Shown piece after piece: positions 57,662-64,000 of a DNA stretch of 64,000 nt. The notes under the pieces were generated by a model. The model saw only the letters and a list, made by a program, of their open reading frames with translations. It made no database searches and had not been told where the DNA came from. The stretch lies in NCBI GenBank assembly GCA_000091205.1, contig AP006487.2. One strand, 5' to 3'. Numbering within the stretch: the first letter of the stretch is position 1; every line of letters begins with the position of its first letter. The DNA is from Cyanidioschyzon merolae. Lineage: Eukaryota. The position numbers and the translations under genes are program-made.

Positions 57662-60099
57662 TGCTTCCTGGCAAGGCTAGCGCAGGTCTCGTGCCTGTGG
57701 CTGCGTTATCCACATGGGGGCCAGTGCCTTTCGCCCGCGTCTCGCTCTATGTGCGGCGACTTTGGGATCGCGCTCGCCTTTCACGCCAGTGTGTGTGTAT
57801 CTATGTGTGGGTTGCCCTGTCTTTCATGCAGGGCTTGCGTACCATGCGGGCGTTTGTTGCCCTGCCCTTCGTAGTTCGCATCAAGTTGGAAAGACGCGAG
57901 TTTCAAAAAGCTCCGGACTGGATCAAAGCACATGGCCAGGAGTTCCCGAACGAGCACGTAAAGTTTGAAGCTGCGCGTTGTTGTCTCTCGGAGGTCGAGA
58001 CGGACAGAAACGGATTTGTTTGGAAAGCCGACCAGGGCGCATTGGTCACGCAGGGCGCCTCGAGCGGAGTCCTGTTGCACACGAGAACGCTGTCGAAGCC
58101 GAAAGGAGCATTTTCGAGCCAGAGCGCCATCGGGGCTGTTGCGCGTAAAACGGATCTTGCGACTTTATGCAGCCGCTGCTTGCATTAAAAATAAGCCTAC
58201 TATGATCGTCTGCATGTCCTCGGTCGTGCGAAGATGCACGGCAGCTAGCTGGGTCTCAGCGGCGACAGTTTACGCTGGCCTGGTGGCATCGGCCTGTAAC
58301 CGCAGGGCACCCGAAGGGATGGGCATTTCGGCCGCGCTCCGGGGACATGGTGATAAGTCCCCGCATTCATGCGTGCCGAGCTTCCCTGAACGTCGGTAAT
58401 GATCGCGCACGTGAGCATTCCGGAGGACAGACTCAACAATCCAGCACCGTGAAAAATGGACGCGTATCGCCGGGACTCGAGCCCCGTGGACACCACGGCC
58501 AGCTGCGGTTGCCGTGGCAGAGCGCGAGCGGTGAGCGCCGGCTCCTTTTTGACGAATGCTTGACCCTGAGCCTGTCGATTTGCGTTCGAGAACCGCGAAC
58601 ACTCGCCGATGCTCTGGTTACGGATGCATCATCACAGCGCCACACGGCGCTGAACCGAAGGCACTGCAACACTGGGGGAGTGCATTGGCGTGCGGACGAT
58701 TCGCTGGGGGTTTCGCAAGACGTTCGGATTTGCTCGTCATGAAGCAGGTTGGGATCTGGGTCTCTCATATGCAATCGCCACTGGGCATCGAATGGATTTG
58801 TTGACCTCGAATGGGGTTCGGATCCCGCTGGCTGGGTAGCTCGGCTACGCGCGCACTGGGCGCGCTTGTGCTGCTCCGGAGCACGGACTACCGAAGCAAC
58901 ACAGCTGGACGCAGGGCTTGGATCCCGTCAGGCCAGAGAGGGCCGGCTTACTCAAGCGCGTTTTGAACACGTTGCAGGCGGTGAGCTCGAGGCACAATGT
59001 CTTCACATGCTGATCCTGAAGAAACTAAATTCACGCGCGGGGATTTTGTGTGCTGCAGACGAGGCTGGACACCGCAGCGACGACCTCCACCAATGGGAGA
59101 TTAAAATGGAGCACTGGGCTGCTCGCTATGTACGTGGATAGGTTCTTCTCGACTTGTCTTTTCAGATGTAGAGCTGTGACTTTTCGAGAGCAGCAACAAG
59201 GGCTTGAGCACTCGTGTGTCGGTTTAGGATTCTCGGCCATAGTTTCAGAGTGGTTTTTTCGACGCTCTTCCACTAGGACTCGTTACATCACCGAAATCAA
59301 GACCATTCCCGATGTTCCGGAACTAGGGTTCGTAAACGAACCAATATTCGTCTCCAATGTGTACGTAAAGGTTTCCAATCTTCTCAATATCTTACTTTTG
59401 TAGCGTGCTCAAGCCACGTATGCTTGTAGTTTTGTCTCTTTCTTTCTCAAGGCAACTCATTGATATCGCAATGCTCGCCATTGCTTCGACGAGGGAAAAT
59501 GCTGGACGTCGTCCCTCGGAGACTTGTTCACGAGTTCATACCGACAATACGCGCAACATGCCACTTCGAATCATGCATTGCTTTCAAGCGGTACACTCAA
59601 TGCTCTCTGCGGCGGTCAACGAAACAGGATTCGCTATCTGCCTCGTACGTCTCACAGGACATACTTCCGGAGGCTGCAGTCTGTCTCTATTTTGCCTGGA
59701 ACGTTGTCTAGATTTCGGAATTGAGTCATCCGGGTGTCCGTGTCGAGTGCTACGTACGTCACTGTTTTGCACGAAGGAAGCGTCAAGGGATCGAATACCT
59801 TCGACTTGTTATCCAATCTGGATTTACCCCCCGATGTTTGTTTCATCACGAACAACATCGTGTTCCACCAATACGTTATCGAACGGAACAGGGCGCGGTT
59901 GGACTTGCAGCCATCAGCGCCGTCGCCGAGTACATCGCTCAGATCAAGCACGTGATCGCAGAGCACGGCGCCGGGTGCGGAAACTGCAATGGATATCAAG
60001 GGGAATCTTCTCTTCTCCGAAATGGCAAGTAGCCTGCGATGAAGCACGGGATCGCGCGCTGTAGGACGGCGCTCGGAGGACGAGGAGATATGGTCGATG

Positions 60100-60365
60100 C
60101 ATAGGCACACTTGGCAGCGGTCAAATGTCACCGCTGTGAAGCGCGGACCCCAGCTGTACACAAAAACAGATGAAAACAGCAAGCGAAGCGCGGATCGCGA
60201 TTTTCACCTGTGCATGGTTTGCGTGACCAGCAGCCGGACGCAACGGAATCGGAACTCGAATGCCGCCATCAACAACCCGCGAATGCTGAGAACGGAACCG
60301 AAGACTCACGAGAGACCAGCATATGTAGATCAGCAGATAATCGAGAAGGAAAGAAAGTAGTCTCA
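60100..60365 (+). pseudogene. TnpB/Fanzor-like relic E (zinc-finger CxxC + RuvC-III remnant)
   Basis: Encodes HLCMVCVTSSRTQRNRNSNAAINNPRMLRT (CxxC followed by N-x-NAAIN); nucleotide similarity to relic A (cgaa..c.c..atcaa / aaaacgg.acccga.g). Confidence 0.35.
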
Positions 60366-60558
60366 GAAAATGCACTCAGAATCTGGTATTGGTGATACGA
60401 GCACGTGATCAAAACGCTTGCGTTCTCGCCCGCGTCAGCAAAGTGATCGCGCGCATCGTTCCCCCACGCTGACACGCGTGTCCAGCGAGCTGCCTGCCAG
60501 GCACGCAGACGCGCACGCATGGCGGCGGATCGCGAAGGCGCCACCGCCGCGCTTCGGC

Positions 60559-60618
60559 GGCGATGCGCAGGAGCGCGCGGCGATGCGCAGGAGCGCGCGG
60601 CGATGCGCAGGAGCGCAG
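60559..60618. repeat. 20-bp tandem repeat x3 (ggcgatgcgcaggagcgcgc)
   Basis: Three contiguous copies read directly. Confidence 0.85.
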
Positions 60619-60723
60619 CGCCAATTCAACGCAAACAATTTCCGTTGTATACGATCATCTTCGGATTTTGGTTGAATTCGTTTGTTTCGTGCCTTTGAGG
60701 GCACCAGAGCAAGTGTTTGTGCA

Positions 60724-61461
60724 ATGAATTCGAGTTTTATAGTTTCCCCTGTGTACAAGAGTTGTAATTTGCGGTGTCGGGCTCTTTTGCTACGAAATCA
60801 CTGCGCTTTTGGGTCGAACGTGAGCGGGAGCGTGAACCGCCAGTGCACCCAGTTCTGGCGTGCACCGCAGCGACGTGTCTTGCGATGCGGCCTGACAGCT
60901 ACGGATTCTGGTCGGTCAACGCTTCCATCGCCCAAAGTTCGAGAAGAATCTAGCCGGAGGTTCTCAGATCAGGAGATCGCGTCTGAAACCCCGCTGGTCA
61001 CCTTGCTCTACGACGGTGAATGCCCGATCTGCATGAAGGAAGTACGCTTCCTACAGTCGCGGGACGCGGGCCGTGGCCGTATTGCATTCGTTGACATTAC
61101 GTCGCCAGACTACGACCCCGCGAAATATGCCGGTATCACGTTTGAGCAGGCAATGGGCCGCATTCACGGTATTCTCCCCGACGGCACGGTTGTGAAGAAG
61201 GTGGACGTCTTCCGAGCGTGCTACGAAGCAGTTGGCCTCGGCTGGCTTTGGGCAGTGACTAGCGTTCCCCTGGTGAAGAAGTTGGCGAATGCCGTGTATG
61301 ACTTTTGGGCGGATCGGCGTCTGCAGTGGACCGGGCGCGGCACGCTCGAAAGCGTACTTGCAGCACGCCGCGGTGCAGCACCGGCCGCCGATGGGGACGA
61401 CTGTTCCGAACGCTGCGTGATCGACTGGGGTGAAGATGAAGAGCCGGAGGAAAAGAAATAG
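60724..61461 (+). CDS. DCC-family thiol-disulfide oxidoreductase (DUF393)
   Basis: LLYDGECPICMKEVRFLQSRDAGRGRIAFVDITSPDYD matches the DUF393 CxxC motif and fold signature. First ATG at 60724 (ORF-track start is TTG); N-terminal ~60-aa extension precedes the domain. Confidence 0.7.
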   Translation: MNSSFIVSPVYKSCNLRCRALLLRNHCAFGSNVSGSVNRQCTQFWRAPQRRVLRCGLTATDSGRSTLPSPKVREESSRRFSDQEIASETPLVTLLYDGECPICMKEVRFLQSRDAGRGRIAFVDITSPDYDPAKYAGITFEQAMGRIHGILPDGTVVKKVDVFRACYEAVGLGWLWAVTSVPLVKKLANAVYDFWADRRLQWTGRGTLESVLAARRGAAPAADGDDCSERCVIDWGEDEEPEEKK

Positions 61462-61835
61462 TTTTCTTTTCAAAGGATCTGCGAACCATTGAGGTCATGC
61501 ATGACGTGAAGCTGCGTTCGTTGCGCGCTGCGAGCACACCGAGCGACGGCGTTGGCGTCGCTTAACGCATTTGCGGACTCGCGATGCGCGGTTGGTGCCC
61601 ACATCGAGTGCGTGCCCCAGCGGCGATTTGACCGCACATGTGCCAAGGCTGGTCGAGTAGGGAAGAAGGTTGAAATATTTGGAACAAATAGATTATTATG
61701 GACAAATGTGCATGCATATGCCCAGATTGACGCTGGTTCCTGTTCCCCCATGCTATGTAAAGTTGTCAACACTCGTACGTTTCTCTTTCCAACAAGGTGC
61801 CGCTGTTTCGCAGCGCTTTGTGAGCGTGAGCTCCA

Positions 61836-63569
61836 ATGCACGCGGGGGCTTTTTTGTCGGCACAACCAAGTGGTACGCTGGGTTACACGGCTAACCTTTG
61901 CCAGAGTTCTTTCGGCAAGCACTTGGATGCTCACTCTACGGCGCTCGGAAGCGCTGTACCCGCTTTCCGACGTTCACGTCACCGGCGGGGCGCAGGCGCC
62001 TTGCTCCTGCGACGCCGGTCGCTCCTCGCCGAGTGCGAGCAGCGTGGCAGACTGCTCAGGTCCGCAGCTACGAAAGGACAGAGGGACGTCGAAAGGCACA
62101 CCGCTACAAAGACGCTGGTGCTCACTCGACCGGTCTTTTACTCGAGGTGTCCTCAGCACCACAAGGCGTTCGAGAGACCAATAGCACGCTGGATGCAGGC
62201 AGCTTCGCTGTCGAGAACAGGCGGAACAGCGCGTGCCTCGGTGCCAAGCTTCCCGACGGCGCTGCGCCACATTGCGAACACTCTCCAGGAACCGCTTCAG
62301 TACACAGACTTTGTTGCAGTGGAGCGCGCGCGTCGGCATGTCGAGGCGCTGCTGCGGGGCGGGCCCCAGAACCTACCGGCTTTTGAGTTTCTGGCACCTG
62401 TCTCCGAGGAAGCGCCGCAAAATGCTCGCGGGCCGCGGAACCGCGCAGCGCCGTCGCGCTATCCCTCGCGAAGCCCGGGCGGTGTTGCACCACCCCATCG
62501 CTACTATGAGTTACGCTTGCGGCCACCGGGTGAAGAGATCGTTCTGCGGTCTAGCGATTATAAGGAGCGATGCTGTGGGCGCATGGGCGAGGAATGCCTC
62601 GCTAGCCAAGACTCGAATGGTGTCCAGTCATCGAGCGGCTCTTGCGAGCGCGAAGGGACTGCGTTTATTCGAGTTCCAGGGGTTGTAGATTGGACGGCGA
62701 AAGGCGCTCTCGAGAAATGGTTTGCACGAGCATCTCGTTGGCAACTGTTTGACGACGGCACCTTTGCTACCACCCAACGGCCGGTGATTGAGCTTTCCCA
62801 TCGCGAGGAGTCGGCAGCAGCCGCACCGTTCGCTGAGCCAGTCGTTGGATTCCGGATACATGATCGCCAATGGAGCCGCTACCTCTGCAACCATCCACGC
62901 GTCATCGCGATCGGTGACGTACATGGCTGTATCACAGAGCTGCAGGACCTACTCCGCGTCTGCGACTATCGACCTGGCGACGAGTTGATTCTGCTCGGAG
63001 ACCTGGTAGCAAAGGGCCCCGATTCGCAAGCCGTCGTGCAAATGGCCCGTGAAATCGGTGCTCGGGCCGTGAGAGGCAACCACGACCACGAGGTCATTCG
63101 TTGTCGGGAAGCAATGATGCGAGGCCACGATCCCAGCTACGCCTCCGTCGATCATCAGCGTATCGCGCGGCAACTGAGCCAACAGGAGCACGAATGGTTG
63201 CGGAGCTGCCCCTGGTACATCCGCTCAGAGGATCTGGAAACGGTCTTTGTTCACGCCGGATTCCAGCCGGATGTGCCTTTCGAGGAACAGCTGCCTCGCC
63301 ACATGATGAATCTGCGTTCTGTGCTCGAAAACGGTGCTCCAAGCGCTCGCCACTCGAATGGCATGGCTTGGGCGCGCCTCTGGAAAGGTCCGCTTCGTGT
63401 TGTATTTGGACATGACGCATACATGGGCCTCCAGCTCTGGGACAAGTGCATCGGCCTGGATACCGGATGCGTGTATGGTGGTAGACTCACAGCGCTGCTT
63501 TTGCCCGAAAATCGCCTGATATCTGTCCCTGCACGAAAGATGTACGTTGCTCCACGCAAACGAGGATGA
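61836..63569 (+). CDS. Bacterial-like PPP-family metallophosphatase (ApaH/PrpE-like, ALPH type) with long N-terminal extension
   Basis: C-terminal ~220 aa: IAIGDVHGC, LILLGDLVAKGPDS, VRGNHDH, FVHAG, VVFGHD are the GDxHG / GDxVDRG / GNHE(D) metallophosphatase motifs in ApaH-like arrangement. N-terminal ~350 aa are low complexity, so the true start may be internal. Confidence 0.7.
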   Translation: MHAGAFLSAQPSGTLGYTANLCQSSFGKHLDAHSTALGSAVPAFRRSRHRRGAGALLLRRRSLLAECEQRGRLLRSAATKGQRDVERHTATKTLVLTRPVFYSRCPQHHKAFERPIARWMQAASLSRTGGTARASVPSFPTALRHIANTLQEPLQYTDFVAVERARRHVEALLRGGPQNLPAFEFLAPVSEEAPQNARGPRNRAAPSRYPSRSPGGVAPPHRYYELRLRPPGEEIVLRSSDYKERCCGRMGEECLASQDSNGVQSSSGSCEREGTAFIRVPGVVDWTAKGALEKWFARASRWQLFDDGTFATTQRPVIELSHREESAAAAPFAEPVVGFRIHDRQWSRYLCNHPRVIAIGDVHGCITELQDLLRVCDYRPGDELILLGDLVAKGPDSQAVVQMAREIGARAVRGNHDHEVIRCREAMMRGHDPSYASVDHQRIARQLSQQEHEWLRSCPWYIRSEDLETVFVHAGFQPDVPFEEQLPRHMMNLRSVLENGAPSARHSNGMAWARLWKGPLRVVFGHDAYMGLQLWDKCIGLDTGCVYGGRLTALLLPENRLISVPARKMYVAPRKRG

Positions 63570-64000
63570 TCATTGCGCACCAGAACGGACAAGGGATCGA
63601 GCGAGACGCGCCTGTGCAGTGCGCTGCTGATCTTGGGTCTGCGAAAAGATGCCAATGCGACTTGGCGTTGGCGAGATATGTATCGAGCATTCGCCACACG
63701 AAGCTTGCGCATGTATCCCGGGTATTCGATCTGGAGATTGAATCCATGCAGAGAACTGATAAGTGCTCGCACATCGAGGCTGTGGATCGCACGAAAGCGC
63801 CCTTCCACGAAGGACATCACGAGCGCTTTCCGTTGTATATCGACGGACTCGGTCTAGATCCAGAGACGTTGCATTGACCCCATTCTGCTCATGAAATTCA
63901 TGGAGAGCAATGATGTTACGCGCGCGCCTCGACGTGGACGGCAACGATGCAAGCATTGCTCCAGCGGCGACAGCGCACTGGTCTCTCGCTCGTGTCCGTC

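Noticed and set aside
57826-58188. Small ORF downstream of DapA (MQGLRTMRAFVALPFVVRIKLERREFQKAPDWIKAHGQEFPNEHVKFEAARCC...)
   Set aside because: Coding-like but no recognisable family and below my confidence threshold for a feature call; left unannotated.

Overview
This is a GC-rich (~58%) eukaryotic nuclear fragment, not a prokaryote. It carries intron-poor genes on both strands, recognisable eukaryotic housekeeping proteins, a LINE retroelement, a satellite array and microsatellites. From protein motifs I can support the following genes. A CBM20-fused phosphatidylinositol-phosphate kinase (598-2901, -). O-phosphoseryl-tRNA(Sec) selenium transferase, SepSecS (11238-12689, +). A UBC12-type NEDD8 E2 (15986-16600, +). 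18S rRNA dimethyladenosine transferase Dim1 (20519-21592, +). A DEAH-box RNA helicase (25277-27349, +). A MoaE-like molybdopterin synthase subunit (27415-28170, -). An Oxa1/Cox18-family insertase (28335-29444, +). An RNF5/RNF185-like RING E3 (36088-36939, -). A PAK/STE20 kinase (38763-40277, -). Ribosomal protein L37e (49118-49438, +). A TFIIH p62-like protein (50850-52019, +). A PTC7-type PP2C phosphatase (53117-54289, -). Dihydrodipicolinate synthase DapA (56597-57661, +). A DCC/DUF393 thiol-disulfide oxidoreductase (60724-61461, +). An ApaH-like bacterial-type PPP phosphatase (61836-63569, +). Several hypothetical ORFs are also listed. DapA, Sec machinery, a PAK kinase and near-absence of introns suggest an intron-poor protist, possibly oomycete-like or algal; I cannot fix the taxon from sequence alone. 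The most interesting signal is a dispersed family of five same-strand relics of a TnpB/Fanzor-like RNA-guided nuclease (OMEGA) gene. Each retains the RuvC-III signature (KRMEFVNRDxNAAINIRR) and, beyond the ORF end, a conserved non-coding tail that is a candidate omegaRNA/right-end module. The most complete copy (47349-48990) also retains a RuvC-I-like GVDPGNTNV motif but is frameshifted and internally deleted. It lies inside a transposon island (41.8-49 kb) next to a degenerate APE+RT LINE. Other notable items are a ~17.6-copy 77-bp satellite with an internal hairpin (13983-15345), a 130-bp x3 tandem repeat, a diverged inverted repeat pair flanking Dim1, and a recurring palindromic 20-mer 2-22 nt upstream of ATGs. 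The supplied ORF track uses alternative start codons (GTG/TTG), so several true ATG starts lie downstream of the listed ORF starts.
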